NCBI GenBank assembly: GCA_044892525.1
Contig: CM097885.1
Coordinates: forward strand, 139,996,001 to 140,060,000
Source of the DNA: Schmidtea polychroa
Taxonomy: Eukaryota
Direction: 5' to 3'
DNA length: 64,000 nucleotides
This document shows positions 40,601-53,540 of the stretch, in pieces. The position numbers and the translations under genes are program-made. A model generated the notes under the pieces. It did not search any database. It worked only from the letters and a program-made list of their open reading frames with translations, and was not told the origin of the DNA. Position 1 is the stretch's first letter. Every line of letters starts with the position of its first letter.

Positions 40601-41339
40601 TTTATGGACTTTCACGTGCAAAGCGAACGCTCTACCACTGAGCTACATATCCTACTAAACTCAATCACAAAATGGCAAACTTAACTTTTCATATTGACAA
40701 AATCAGTTCTCAAGTTTCAATCAAGTTTTTCAAAACATTTTTGAAAATTTCGAAAATATTATAGAATGAAATTTGTTATATAATAATATTTTCACGCGCG
40801 AGCTTCTCATTGTAAATAATAACGAATTCAATTTTGGAAAAGATAGAAAATTATAGTTGAGATCAAAAAATGAATATTATTGTAATAGTTATGTATATTT
40901 ATATGTATGATATATATACAGGGGCATATATTTAACTTGCGAGGAAAGGGGCCTCAAGGAAATTATTGACACTGTAATTAACGAATGGCAAAGAATTTGT
41001 ATGGAATTAACCGATAAAGAGTTGATTAGGGCTAAAAATAGCTTGAAAACTAATTTATTAGTTCAATTGGATGGTACGACTCCGGTATGTGAAGATATTG
41101 GTCGACACATGATTACTTATGGGCGGCGAATACCTCCGGATGAATTTATTCGTAGAATAGAAGTGAGATATTTCAAAAAATTGTCCTCATTGAATTCCCC
41201 ATTACAGCTGGTAACTCTGGATGAAGTGAAAAATATATTTTCTAAATATATCAGAAATCAGAATCCTTCCATTGCATCAGTTGGACCAGTTTCTGGTCTT
41301 CCAGATTATGATTACATAAAAAATAAATTCTATTGGTAA
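28619..41339 (+). CDS. PMPCB: Mitochondrial processing peptidase beta / complex III core protein (M16), 6 exons, 457 aa
   Basis: Exons 28619-28654, 28702-29041, 29087-29178, 31549-32081, 40922-41162, 41208-41339 sum to 1374 nt with GT-AG introns in consistent phase. Motifs [39 protein letters not shown]. Confidence 0.95.
30230..30560 (+). mobile_element. Decayed Penelope-like element (GIY-YIG endonuclease remnant) in PMPCB intron 3
   Basis: 30409-30490 reads [20 protein letters not shown], matching the VYxxxCxxCxxxYIG pattern. Confidence 0.55.
30980..31414. mobile_element. piggyBac-type MITE (435 bp)
   Basis: TTAA|CCCTTTCAATAC ... GTATTGAAAGGG|TTAA. Confidence 0.9.
32770..35992 (-). mobile_element. 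hATm-type DNA transposon, full length (3223 bp)
   Basis: 14-bp TIR TAGGGTGGAGCTTA; TSD TTATTGCA at 32762-32769 and 35993-36000. Confidence 0.95.
33071..35338 (-). pseudogene. hATm transposase, 756 codons in one frame with two nonsense codons
   Basis: Single frame with TAA at 34625 and TGA near 34420 (VVH*DGKL); [21 protein letters not shown] and VNDHAERGV motifs. Confidence 0.92.
37222..39764 (-). mobile_element. hAT DNA transposon, Buster type (2543 bp)
   Basis: TSD GCCTATGA at 37214-37221 and 39765-39772; imperfect TIRs CAGGGGTGG-AACCT / CAGCGCTGGCAAACCT. Confidence 0.92.
37480..39343 (-). pseudogene. Decayed hAT transposase
   Basis: [46 protein letters not shown] motifs with stops and frameshifts. 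Confidence 0.9.
40015..40165. repeat. Cluster of TGACCTT-type short repeats
   Basis: About six (TT)GACCT(T) motifs in 150 bp. Confidence 0.5.
40311..40609. mobile_element. MITE with GGGGCCGTCCATAAAGTACGTCACGC ends (PIF/Harbinger-like); right tip missing
   Basis: GTCCATAAAGTACGTCACGC is inverted at 40590-40609 with 1 mismatch. Confidence 0.65.
40609..40652 (-). tRNA. 5' half of tRNA-Ala(TGC), truncated (pseudo-tRNA)
   Basis: GGATATGTAGCTCAGTGGTAGAGCGTTCGCTTTGCACGTGAA: D arm and anticodon arm present, T arm absent. Confidence 0.7.
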
Positions 41340-42006
41340 TTCAACCAATATATGCATTTTTTACGAATAAAGAATTTTCAAGTGTTAAATTTTTTTTTAT
41401 TAGCAATACAATACAATATTCACAATTTTTATAACTGATTTTGTGTTGTTTTATTAAAATTGCTTTTTCAGAGAATATTATTTCGTTATCAATTTACAAT
41501 TGTTGGGGTAGTCGGTGAAATTAAATATTACTAAATATTGATTTGACTCCAAAAGTTTAATAACAATCACAACTTATCGATATTACTAATATTTGTTTAT
41601 TACAATTTCAATAGATTTGATTTCGTTAATTTCTAATGTTTCTCCACCTGTTTCTATATTTTTTGGTTGTTATTTTCTGACACAGAGATGCTCATTAATA
41701 ACGACCTGGTCCTATTGCATTGGACTTTTGCATTTCCTTTCCATTTTTCAATTTTAATTCCCTCATTCCTAATTTTTACAATTCATGAGCAATACACCCT
41801 GCTCAATCATGAGGAATTAATGAGTCGTATATGTGTACGCACACAGACGCGAGGCGATATTTTTTGGTAAGTTGTGTATTGTCGAATTCGACACTCTAAC
41901 TTTGATTTTTAGATTCTGGTAGTTGTTTTCAAAATTTTGTTGTAAAAAGTTTGAAAATAAAATTTTTTCAAGCCCGTTAGTTTAAAATTTTATGGGAATA
42001 TATATG

Positions 42007-42520
42007 ATGGCTTGAAGATATGGTAATCGAACAACTACTTTTTCTCTAGATGGTAGTTTATGTCAAGTTGAATATGTAATGGAAGCTGTGGGTCTTTTGC
42101 GTACTATTTTCGGATTGGTTACGAAGGATGATGAAATAATAGTCTGAAAAATTTATAAAGATAACGAAGATATCCACTTCAGACACCGTGTGCAGAATTA
42201 TGCTCATAACATTTAAAACCTTATAGATTCCTTATTTAATATAGTTTACGTCATCGCCATCTCCACGCACCGACCAAACTATTTTGATTGTTTTAAAATC
42301 ATACCACTAGTGTCATCTATGAGCAATTTTTGACAACAATACAATTAGTTTTTTTTCTCCATTAACAATAATTCAGGTCTGAAGGGGATATTTCATGTGT
42401 AGTGGCTGGAATTATGTCAGGTGTTACTATTTTGTAAGATAATGTGAGATTAAATACCCAACGTTATTTCTAACTTTGCAAGAACCAATTCCAATTGATC
42501 TATTAGCTACACAGATCTGT
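42007..42520 (+). pseudogene. PSMA4: Proteasome alpha-3 subunit pseudogene fragment
   Basis: MA*RYGNRTTTFSLDGSLCQVEYVMEAVG and later DISCVVAGIMS..IL*DNVRLNTQRY..QEPIP. Confidence 0.8.
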
Positions 42521-42561
42521 CATTTAATTCATGCTCATACTATGTACGTTGTCGTGGCGCA

Positions 42562-42615
42562 ATTTATAGTAACATGATGAAATGTGATGTGGATATTCGA
42601 AAGGATTTATATACG
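42562..42615 (+). pseudogene. ACT: Short actin fragment
   Basis: IYSNMMKCDVDIRKDLY versus canonical actin TYNSIMKCDVDIRKDLY. Confidence 0.75.
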
Positions 42616-43872
42616 ATGACAATTTACCCTTTATTTTGTATGGCCCTCCATTAATTTTGTCCACTTTGATATTAATTGTTTAATTTTATAATTTAGGTAT
42701 CCCTAGCAGAATTAACGGAAATAATTTTGAATTTTATTTAATAAAAAGGATATTTAATTTATCACAAAGATACGCAAAAATAAATCATTAAAAATTATGA
42801 ATAAAGAGCATTCATGAAAAACATCTATAAAATAGACATTTGATTCTTTTATTTTTACAGATTGTCATTTTTTAGTTTGTGTTAGTTGAATTAAAGTTGT
42901 TTTAAATCAATTTTAAAATGGTTATTCAAGGATTCGATTAAGCACATACCGAACTGTTCTTTAATGACGCTACGTTTTGTTTTTAGTTTAATATTCCTTC
43001 ATGTGCTATTATGTCACATTTACATAATAATATTTTTGAAAATAATTACAAAATAGTTTTCCAAATATTTATTTTAAATTGAAATTAGTCTAAGCTAATA
43101 AAACGTTATCCGTTCGAACTTGCGAATTTCCTCCACATTAACAACAACACTTTTGTATTTATAATATCCATAACTGAAAGTTAAAAATACTCAATTTTAT
43201 TAATTTAAATGAATCGCTTATCGATGAGATTATTGAAACAAAATCTTGAAAAAACCTTTTCAACGTAGTGATATAAAAATAACAAACTCAACATGCAATT
43301 TTAGTCATCATACATACATTGGGCTGGAACCGAGAATTGAAAGTTTGTTTTACTGGATCGAAAATACCTAACATAAAAACCGCACAAAGTTGAATAAAAA
43401 ATTATGATCATATGCCGGATGGTACCGGATGAGGTGCGCGACACATTGAGAATAAATAAAACCCGTATAATAAAAAAAGAAATAAAGAAATTTAAAAACT
43501 GAAACTAAAAAATTTTTCTATTAACGGATAAAATAATAAAAATTAAATTAAAATTAGTAAAAATTATCTAACTTAAAATTTATAGAATCAAATTCGTAAA
43601 ATTAATAAAATTTAAGATAAAATTAGCTAAAATTATTTAAATTATAAAATTTATAAAATTAAATGATTAAAATTAATAAAAACAAATAGTTTGATTAATT
43701 AAATCAATTAAATTAAAAATAAATAATTAAACACACTCATGCATGTGTACATTTTGACATTTGACCAAATTTTGCGATTAGTTCTCTCAGTTTTTGGCCT
43801 ATGCCATCGCGGTAAGCTTGAATTGGATTTGGTAATTATATGTATTATGTAATTTTATTTAATTCTATAAGT

Positions 43873-44563
43873 CAGTGTTTCCCAAACCAGGGTACGCGAT
43901 GGATTTTTTGGGTGTACGGAGGCCTTTTTATTCTTTTATTATTTAAATATTAAAAGATAAATAAAAAAACTAAAAATAAAAGATATCCATTTGATATTAA
44001 TATAACATCGATGCCAGAAGGATTATCATATGCAGAAGAAGAAAGCTTATTAGAAATATCTTCAGATGGTTTCTTGAAAAAAAGCATATGAAATGCTCTT
44101 TGCCATCACTCTGGTTACACCTACAATCAACATATCCTTCTTTATCAGAAAAGGCCCTGAAATGAATCTTTCCTTTTCCAACATCATATTTATGTGAAGT
44201 TGCTTTTTCTACATTTGTAGATATTAAATCGAAAAAAAGAAATAGGCTTTTAGATGTTGAATCTCATCTAAGATTAAAATTAACCAAAAGAGAACCAAAT
44301 TATGATGAATTATTATCTCAGCATAAGCAATTTCATCCTTCTCATTAATTACAATAAATTAAGTATATTATTTTTTATTTTACAATATTTCAGTTATAAA
44401 AGTATTTAATTTTTCATTAATGCTATTAATTTAAAGGTCGTATATTTTAAAAAAGAAATTATAAACAAATTTAATCATTATATAAAATTTTAAAGCAAAG
44501 AAGTACATTATATAATGAAAATGATCAAGGTGGTACGCAGTATCAAAAGTTTGGGAAACACTG
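43873..44563 (+). mobile_element. Internally deleted hAT (Charlie/Buster) retaining the dimerization domain
   Basis: TIRs CAGTGTTTCCCAAAC / GTTTGGGAAACACTG; FPTSYLCEVAFS...KSKKRNRL...HPSH*; TSD imperfect. Confidence 0.85.
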
Positions 44564-46143
44564 CTAAGTTAATAAAACTTTATATTCAATATAGTTTAGT
44601 TATTTTTTTTGTTTGTTTTTTGTTCTTTTAATTTTAATAATTTTTTTTACAAATTTATCTTGACAATAATTTGTTGTCAGTTATAATTTTATATGCAAAT
44701 TCTGCTAACACGCGTAATATAACTTTTATCCAATGCAAAGCAATGTAAATTAGACTATTTTATAAATAAATTATAAAAAAACAATTAATAAATGTTCTTT
44801 TGAATGATACTAGCATAAAACTGTATGCAACAAATAAAATTGACCATAAATTCTCATTATAAAAAACTTTTCTCTATCACAAATTATCATTTTCGGCATT
44901 CCTCAATAAATATCCTAATTTCTCCTCCATCTCACTGAAACAAAAATAAATTTAATATAAAAATAACAATTGATCACTCATTTTCGTTTTGACATTCTTT
45001 GATGTAAATGTCTTTTTCTTTCAATTGCAGTTTATAATTATTAATTCCTTCCTCTTGACTTTTACATTTCGCGTTCAAATCTTCGATATTTCGCAAAATT
45101 CTGACATGATAATTAACTACTTTATTAAATATAAAAACTTACAAATCCATTTGTGATTCAATGAAATGTAATTTATCAAGGAATTCCTAAATTTATGAAT
45201 TTATTATTATTATTTCATAAGTATTATTATAATTAAAGTTATTTATTTATTTATTATTATGTTGTTAGTATAACAACTTTTGAACAATCTTGTAAATATG
45301 CCAATTTCTTAGGGGTTTGGGTTGTTTCGTAAAACTTAAGCTAATGCTAGTAGCTTCGCTTTCGTATGTTGAAACAATATGTACCAATTAAAACTAGAAA
45401 TATGAATCTGATAAAAAATATTTATTATTGCAATTAAATACTGCATCAATTAACCCTCAATGCTTAATTCTTTTTATTCGTTCCGTAAAATCTCTCCTTA
45501 CATAAATGAATGCCGCTGAAAATAAATCTGTATTCAATTTTTTGTTATCGGTATATTGACACTTGGTATGCCCACCTTGAAGCGAACCTGGGCAATTATG
45601 GCCTATACAATATTTGAATTTAGCATTATATGTGTAGTGAGCCATTAGATGGCCTTAGCAAAATCTATATAAGTATTATATACAAAAAAATGGAACGTTG
45701 CTTTCCATTCATCGAAATTGGAAATTGTTCAGAATTATATGTTCGAAAGCCAACAGAGTACTATGAACCAGGAATATTTTCCGATACCCTACTGCGGGTA
45801 ATCTTGACTATGCATATTTCGTCGCTGTGATTCAATCATCTTTAATGACTTTGAAAATTGGTCCAACAAATTGGTAAACAAGCATCCGTAAAATTCCTAG
45901 GTCGATTGTCACTTGCTGGACCTCATTGAATCAAATCAACTTCATTGAATCAAATCAACCTCATTGGATCAAATTAACCCCTTTTTCATATCGTCGCCTG
46001 TCTCAAAGTGATAAACTGTCAAGCGATAAATGACATCGGACCTCTCCCAATTCAACTTCGATGATTTAAACACTTACTGATAATGTTATAATGATAATAA
46101 TGTTATTAATGAAAGAATGGAGGATGATGTGGTGGATGATGAA

Positions 46144-46144
<1 letters not shown>

Positions 46145-46193
<49 letters not shown>

Positions 46194-46197
46194 TATT
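46145..46197. repeat. (ATT)n microsatellite
   Basis: Direct reading. Confidence 0.95.
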
Positions 46198-46320
46198 TAA
46201 AACAATAAAATGATAATTTAAGCCTTTTGCTGCAAATAATGTATTTAATGAAAAATTTTTCATTAAATACATTATTTGTAGCAAAAGGCTTATATTATCA
46301 TTTTATTGTTTTAGATAATA
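46191..46320. repeat. 130-bp spacerless palindrome
   Basis: 65-bp arms centred at 46255/46256, 3 mismatches. Confidence 0.92.
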
Positions 46321-46920
46321 AATGCTGCTACCAAGAAATCATCATTTTATACTTTATTATTATTATTATTATTATGAGTTACAATGTTTGGAATATTGAT
46401 TCTGTGGTTAGACATTTTTAAATTAATTTTTTATTATTATTGTAACCGACAATATTAAAATTTTTATTTTGATTTTGGGCGAATAAATTAATTAGATTTT
46501 TGTAAAAAAATAATATCTGAAATTCGGTTGTTTGTATAAGTTAAATTAGATATGACCCGTTTGTAAATTTTAAATAGAAATTGGTGAAATAAAGGTTTCA
46601 TGAATGCTTTTTGAATTTTTGAATGAAAATTGTAAATCTGGAAATTTGTAAGTACCACAATATGGGATTTAGTATTGTCCACCTTGAGGCGGAGTTGGGA
46701 ATCGGAAGGTTAATATAAAAATCTTTAAAATTTGAAGAAATTAATATTTCTGAAAATATTAGCATATTAACCTCAAGTTTTCAAACTTCGCCAAGTATAG
46801 AAAGTAGTTAGTTATGGAAATTGAGTTCGAATCATATAGAAAACACCAATTATAAATGAGTAAAAAAATAAGTAATTAAAGAAAATCTCTCTATATAAAA
46901 AAAGTTAAGGGTTCCCTCCA

Positions 46921-47114
46921 NNNNNNNNNNNNNNNNNNNNNNNNNNNNNNNNNNNNNNNNNNNNNNNNNNNNNNNNNNNNNNNNNNNNNNNNNNNNNNNN
47001 NNNNNNNNNNNNNNNNNNNNNNNNNNNNNNNNNNNNNNNNNNNNNNNNNNNNNNNNNNNNNNNNNNNNNNNNNNNNNNNNNNNNNNNNNNNNNNNNNNNN
47101 NNNNNNNNNNNNNN
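46921..47114. other. Assembly gap (others at ~52279-52419, 53745-53882, ~54687-54863, 63727-63921)
   Basis: Runs of N. Confidence 0.99.
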
Positions 47115-47274
47115 TTTTTTTTAAAAAATTTATTTTTGTTTTTTTTTATTATTATTTTTTAAAAATTTTTTCGTTCCCGTCTTCAAACGTGATATGATTA
47201 TCATTTTCCTGCTATTATTTCCAGCGTTCTAACAGAGTTTGTGAAGCGAAGCGAACAGGGACGGAGCCCCTAGT
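47115..47274 (-). mobile_element. Possible Helitron-like non-autonomous element end next to a gap
   Basis: Reverse strand begins ACTAGGGGCTCCGTCCCTGTTCGCTTCGCTTCAC. Confidence 0.4.
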
Positions 47275-47699
47275 AAATAAAACATCTAATAAAATGGAAA
47301 AGGCAATTAATAATTAACATAACATATTGGAGTAATCATAAAGAATAAAAGAAGCGAAAAAATCAAAAATAGAGATATTGATGAGAAATCGAACATGGCA
47401 AACAAAAAAGAAAGATGGGTGAGATTTATTAAAAAACTAATTAAAAAGTAAGAATAAAATTAGAAAAATAAAAAAGAACCAATCACGAAGAGAACATTTT
47501 AAAAGAAATGACTGGTTTTCTGAAACCACAAATGCATGGGCGGTTCAACCACAATTGGCCCGAAAGCATACACACATAACCAGGACTAAATAAACCCAGA
47601 GCTCAACCGATAAAGGACACAACAAACAGCTTTTGACGGAAAAATCTTTTGACTATTGAATGAATTCAGACATTTTTGTAATTAGTAAGTTGTATTAAA

Positions 47700-50430
47700 T
47701 ATTGTAGACTAATTTTTTGCTTTCTGGAATCGGAGACATCCCAAAAATTCAAGAAGAGTTGTGATCAATTGAGAAAAATTGACATTAATGTCGATCAACA
47801 GGGGGCCAAATAACCGGTTTTTATATAGACTTTTCCTTTCCTAAACTGTAAGTAAATATCTAAACTACTTAAATAATTTATCTATATTGGAAACTGTGAC
47901 GTGAAAGGTTTCTTGGTTTTCATCATGAATATAATTGCTTTATGATCCGTTCATAAAGTAAATCGTTTGATGTACAAATAATGTTTGAAATGATTTACAA
48001 AAAAGTAAATAGGTAGCAATTCATTTCTTGTAATGCAATAACCTAATTCGTATTTACTTATTTACTCTTCCTTGTCGTTTTCCTCAAAACTTGCATCCGT
48101 ATCTAATAAAAATTCTTTTGAAAATCTGAGTATAACAAAACGGGATTTGAACTCAGTCTACTCTTTAACATTTCAAAACTCCTTCCACACTCGTCAGTCC
48201 ATATTAGTTAATTCTGATTACTTATGCAAAGACTTTCCAGCGGTTTTGCATGTTTTGTATATTCTTCAATAAATTTCCTATAATAATTTGATAAATCTAA
48301 AATCTTCTTAATTTCTTTAAACATTTTGATCTTTCAAATTCTTTGATATCTTTTATTTTATCTGGATCTGTTTGGATACCTTCTAAAAATGGCATTTTGA
48401 CGGGCTTAATTTTAATCCAGTCTTTATAAAAACTTTTTCAAATGCCTGACAGTGTTCTTCTAAAGATTTTGCAAAATTAAAATATCATCTAAATATACCA
48501 CTATATCTTTAAAATTTATTTTTTAGTATCATTCATTAGTTATTCCAGAAAGGCACCCTATTAAAACAATATCGTCTATTTTTAATCGAAAATACTGTTT
48601 AGGATTTTCTAATTCAACTTGATATTATGCATTTCCGAGACATTTTGTTGAAAGATACTTTGAGTCATTCAAAACATCTAATAATTCATTCATATACGAC
48701 ATTGGAAACACTGGTCTTTTACATATATTATTTATCAAAGTTTTATGTCATTGTTTCCTTTTTATTCTTTACATACACTAACGGTGTATTCCACGGTGAT
48801 TAACATTCTTTAATAATTCCATACCTTTCCATTTCTTAAATTTGATCTTCAATTTTATCCAATAGATGTGCCGGTTGTCACCGTAGATTTAGCGCAATCG
48901 GTTTATTTGACGTAATGATTTCAAGATTCGTCTTTCCTCCATCCCAACTATGAATCATAAATACACTACTGCATTTTACAGCCATACCTAACAAGATCAT
49001 TATTTTCATTTAACAAACTTAAATATTCAGCAACTAATGCATTATTTTCCAAAACATCATTAATTTTATAACTATTATTTAATTTTTTGTATTGCTAAAA
49101 ATGATTTACTGAGATTAAATTAATCCTTTCAATACTGTACATATTGTCCCAGAGAATTTTATAGTCTATTTTAGTACTGTACGGTCATAGGCTCGAAAAC
49201 AAATCCAAACCTGTCTGCTTTGTTGCTGTTTTCTATCTGCTTTTTTTCTTTTCTATAAAATTTTGTCAGTCTAGATGTTGCTAACAAACAGTAGATACGT
49301 GTGCTATAAATATTACATGAATTATTAGAATAAAAAAAATCGTATTGAAAGGGTTAATTAAAATTTCATAAATCAAATCATAATTATCAAACATACAATC
49401 ACATTCATACATACAATTTTTGCTGAGAATAGCATATACCTTTATTGCTGAGCACAAAATCATCGGCATTTGGATGCGATTGCTAATCAGAATAATTTTC
49501 ACAAATACATTCTTCATTGATCCTGGAAACTTATCTGTTGAAAACTTTCCTATTCAATTCATAGCATTGATATTTGAAATGTCCTTGTCAACGACAATGT
49601 GCACATTGGACGTTTGCACATTCGTGTCTACAATGATAATTTTCTTGATTTGTCCAGAATTTAGACATATTTGACTCTTTTTCTTCTTTGGTTAAAATTG
49701 AGTTCTCCTTTATTTGGTCTTTTGATCTAGTGTCGGCCATTATTTATTGGGTTTCTAAAATGCTGATTTGTCATTGGTCTACTCTCAAAAGTTTGGTTTT
49801 TTTTTCGTCCAACATAGTTTTCTGTTTGACTAATAATTTTGTTCCATACAGGATTTCGGTTATTTGAAAATTGAAGTTTCGGTATATGATCTCTTGGTTA
49901 TTACGGCGATTAATTTGTTGTTTAATTCTATAATTCTTCTATAGAATTAAACAAATTCTTCTATAAATTTCTCGTGCTTTTCCAATCTGTCTCTAATTTC
50001 TTCTAAGAATTTTAAATCTTGGATCCAAAATATAAGAGGAGCTTCATAAGTGTTTTCTTGTCTATTTTACGTTTGAAAACATTTCTGGTCAGTTTCTCCA
50101 ACTCTTTTCAATAGTTTCAAACATTTATTCACCTTTTGTAAAATACAATGCTCGCTGCAAATCTTCAATAAGGGTTGAAGGCCTTTAGAATGTTTTCATG
50201 AGTCAATTTATATATTCATCTTCCGATTTTATCTCGGCATTCAATCTTCAATATTCAATATCTGATAAAAAGTTCCATGTCCACAAAGAATTGTTGAAAT
50301 TCTTGACCAATTTCGTATATTTTTGGCTGTTCAACAACATTTTCCAAGAGCGTGGTTGACTTATTAGAGTTATTGTTTATAAGCCTAATTTGTTGTATTT
50401 AACTCATTCATAAAATCGAGAAATCCGAAT
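47700..50430 (-). mobile_element. Heavily decayed gypsy element (gag knuckle plus RT)
   Basis: CAHCR*QGHFKYQC near 49570-49610; PWNTP, YCFNRVPF and VVYLDDILI near 48480-48830. Confidence 0.75.
49124..49353. mobile_element. piggyBac-type MITE (230 bp), same family as 30980-31414, opposite orientation
   Basis: TTAA flanks; shared TIR and internal blocks (GTCTAGATGTTGCTAACAAACAGTAGA). Confidence 0.88.
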
Positions 50431-50919
50431 AATAAATATGTTCCTATCACATAGTTAGATAAAACAAAGTTCAAAGAAATTCAAATATATTCAGCAAAGA
50501 TTTCATTCATTCTTCAACAGAAAATATTAGTTTTTATTTATTATTATTTTTTATATTAAAATATCTTTTTTAAAATTTATACATTTTTCAGTTAATATTC
50601 AAATTATTTAAATCTTTATCTTTTAACAATTTTGAGATTTAATATTTTAAAATCTAACATCTCACAACACACATTTGCCTTTTCTGTTATCGCATGTTTC
50701 CACTTTTCTTATGAAATATATTGATTTTGCATTGGCAATTCAATTAATTAATTGTTAATTACTTCGCACAAACTTAACAATAAAATTAATTTCATTGGAA
50801 TATTTCATATCGATTTTGATCTTCATTTCGTAATGTTTTAACAAAAATTTATAATTTCAGCTTTCTTTTGCAAGATAATATTCTATCAAAATATTTATCA
50901 ATAATTAAGAGTAGTATGA

Positions 50920-52278
50920 TGTGTCCCCGCCAGATCAGGTCCCCGCCAGACCACATATACCCCCCCCCCCGGTCTGAAAAATTTTATTTTTTTTTTAGAA
51001 CGATGCCTAATATTTTTAGAACTATTATGTAATCAATGCCTAATATTTTTAGAACGATGCCTAATATTTTTAGAACTATTACGTAATTTTTTTAAATTAA
51101 TTGGTCCAGCGGTGACCTACTTTTTTTCTTCCCAAAAGTAATGTTCCCGCCAACAAATTTTATTGAACGATACCTCATCTTAAAGCTCAGTCCAAGACCT
51201 TTCGAATGAGCTATAGGTATCTTATATATATTTAATAGTTTTAATGTTATTAACAATTGATGACCACCATCTTTTCAACGTTAAATTATTATTATTATTC
51301 AAAATATTATTAATTGGTCCAGCGGTGACCTACTTTTTTTCATCCCAAAAATTGTTGTTCCCACCAACATATTATATTGATCGATAGCTTATTTTAAAGC
51401 TCTGTGCAAGAACTTTCTAATGAGATATAGATTTTTATCATACGATGACTCATCACATTTTTAGAACAAAGACAATGACTCATCACATTTTTAGAACGAT
51501 GCCTAATATTTTTAGAACGATGCCAAATACTTTTAGAACGATGCCTAATACTTTTAGAACGATGCCTCTTATTTTTAGAACGATGCCTAATATTTTTAGA
51601 ATGATTACGTCATACTTTTAGAACGATGCCTAATATTTTTAGAACGATGCCTAATATTTTTAGAACGATGCCTAATATTTTTAGAACGATGTCTATTATT
51701 TTTAGAATGGTGCCTAATATTTTTAGAACTATTACGTAATCGATGCCTAATATTTTTAGAACGATGCCATATTATTATTTTTCAAAAATATTATTAACTG
51801 TGCTGGCGGTGACCTACCTTTTGACTTCCCAGAACTTTTTGAGTTTTCAAAATTATTTGAATATGTATACATCATTTTGAAGACCAGACGGAGACAAATC
51901 TTTTGAGCTATCAAAATAATTTTTATCACTAGTGGTATAAAAGTTATTAATTTTTTAGTCCGACACTGATTGATGAAAAAATTATTATTTTCAAAAATAT
52001 TTTTAGAATGATGCCTAATATTTTTAGAATGATTACGTCATACTTTTAGAACGATGCCTAATATTTTTAGAACGATGCCTAATATTTTTAGAACGATTAC
52101 GTCATATTTTTAGAACGATGTCTAATATTTTTAGAACGATGTCTAATATTTTTAGAATTAATAATTTTGTTTTAATTATCGATGATTATATAATTTTGTT
52201 TAAATCATTGATTATATAATTCTTTTGTTTTAATTATCGAATACGTAATAATATAATTTTGTTTAAATCGTTGATTAC
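50920..52278. repeat. Modular minisatellite region: 21-bp TTTTTAGAACGATGCCTAATA arrays interleaved with longer repeated blocks
   Basis: Arrays near 50995-51085, 51500-51770 and 52005-52160; GCGGTGACCTAC block at ~51110, ~51320 and ~51810. Confidence 0.85.
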
Positions 52279-52519
52279 NNNNNNNNNNNNNNNNNNNNNN
52301 NNNNNNNNNNNNNNNNNNNNNNNNNNNNNNNNNNNNNNNNNNNNNNNNNNNNNNNNNNNNNNNNNNNNNNNNNNNNNNNNNNNNNNNNNNNNNNNNNNNN
52401 NNNNNNNNNNNNNNNNNNNATCCGACAAGATATTCTGTCCCCCTATGGGTACTGCTCACAAATGTACTACTCACATTCAACAAGTCACAAGGGTACTGCT
52501 CACACTCAATATGTCGTAA

Positions 52520-52552
52520 ATTATTATTATTATTATTTCAAATACAAGTTCA

Positions 52553-52592
<40 letters not shown>

Positions 52593-52970
52593 TATTATTA
52601 CGCGCACGGGGAATATTATTATCATATATACTCTAAATCCATCCGACAAAATATTCTATCCCTTTATGGGTATTGCTCATATGGGTAATGGTCAAAGGTG
52701 TACTACTCACATTCAACATGTCTCAAAGGGTATAATATAATTATTATTAAATTCTGACCAACTTAAATCAATGAAGGGGTAGAACAAAAATATATTAAGT
52801 TGCGGTATTTTAAATTTAAAAATATTTTAAAAACTTATTTTGACACTAAAGTTTACTTAATTAACAAAGACATAATTATTGCACATGCTTTGCATAAATA
52901 TTATTATTTTTTAAATTTTCAATATTTTCTTTTAAAGTATTAACACGCGCGGGAGTTATTATTATTATTA

Positions 52971-53014
<44 letters not shown>

Positions 53015-53134
53015 GTTAATGAAAAATCTAAAATATGGTTTACACACACACACACACGACCCATTAACCATTATTTGTATCAATATTAGTGAAAACCTAA
53101 AATATCTTCTACACACATATACAACCCATTAAAC

Positions 53135-53191
<57 letters not shown>

Positions 53192-53472
53192 GCAAATATT
53201 AGTCAAAAACATAAAAACACACACTCAACCAATTAACAATTATTATTAACCATTATTATTAGCAATATTAGTGAAAACCTAAAATATTTTCTACACACAT
53301 ATACAACCCATTAAACTTTTATTATTAATATTATTATCTATATTATGATTATTATCAATATCAGTCAAAAACTTAAAATATTTTCTACCCACATACACAA
53401 CCCATTAAACTTTATTATTATTATTAGTGAAAAACCTAAAATATTTTTTACACAACCCATTAACAATTATTA

Positions 53473-53540
<68 letters not shown>

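Noticed and set aside
50995-52160. CRISPR-like array
   Set aside because: The 21-bp units are head-to-tail without unique spacers; eukaryotic context and no cas genes.
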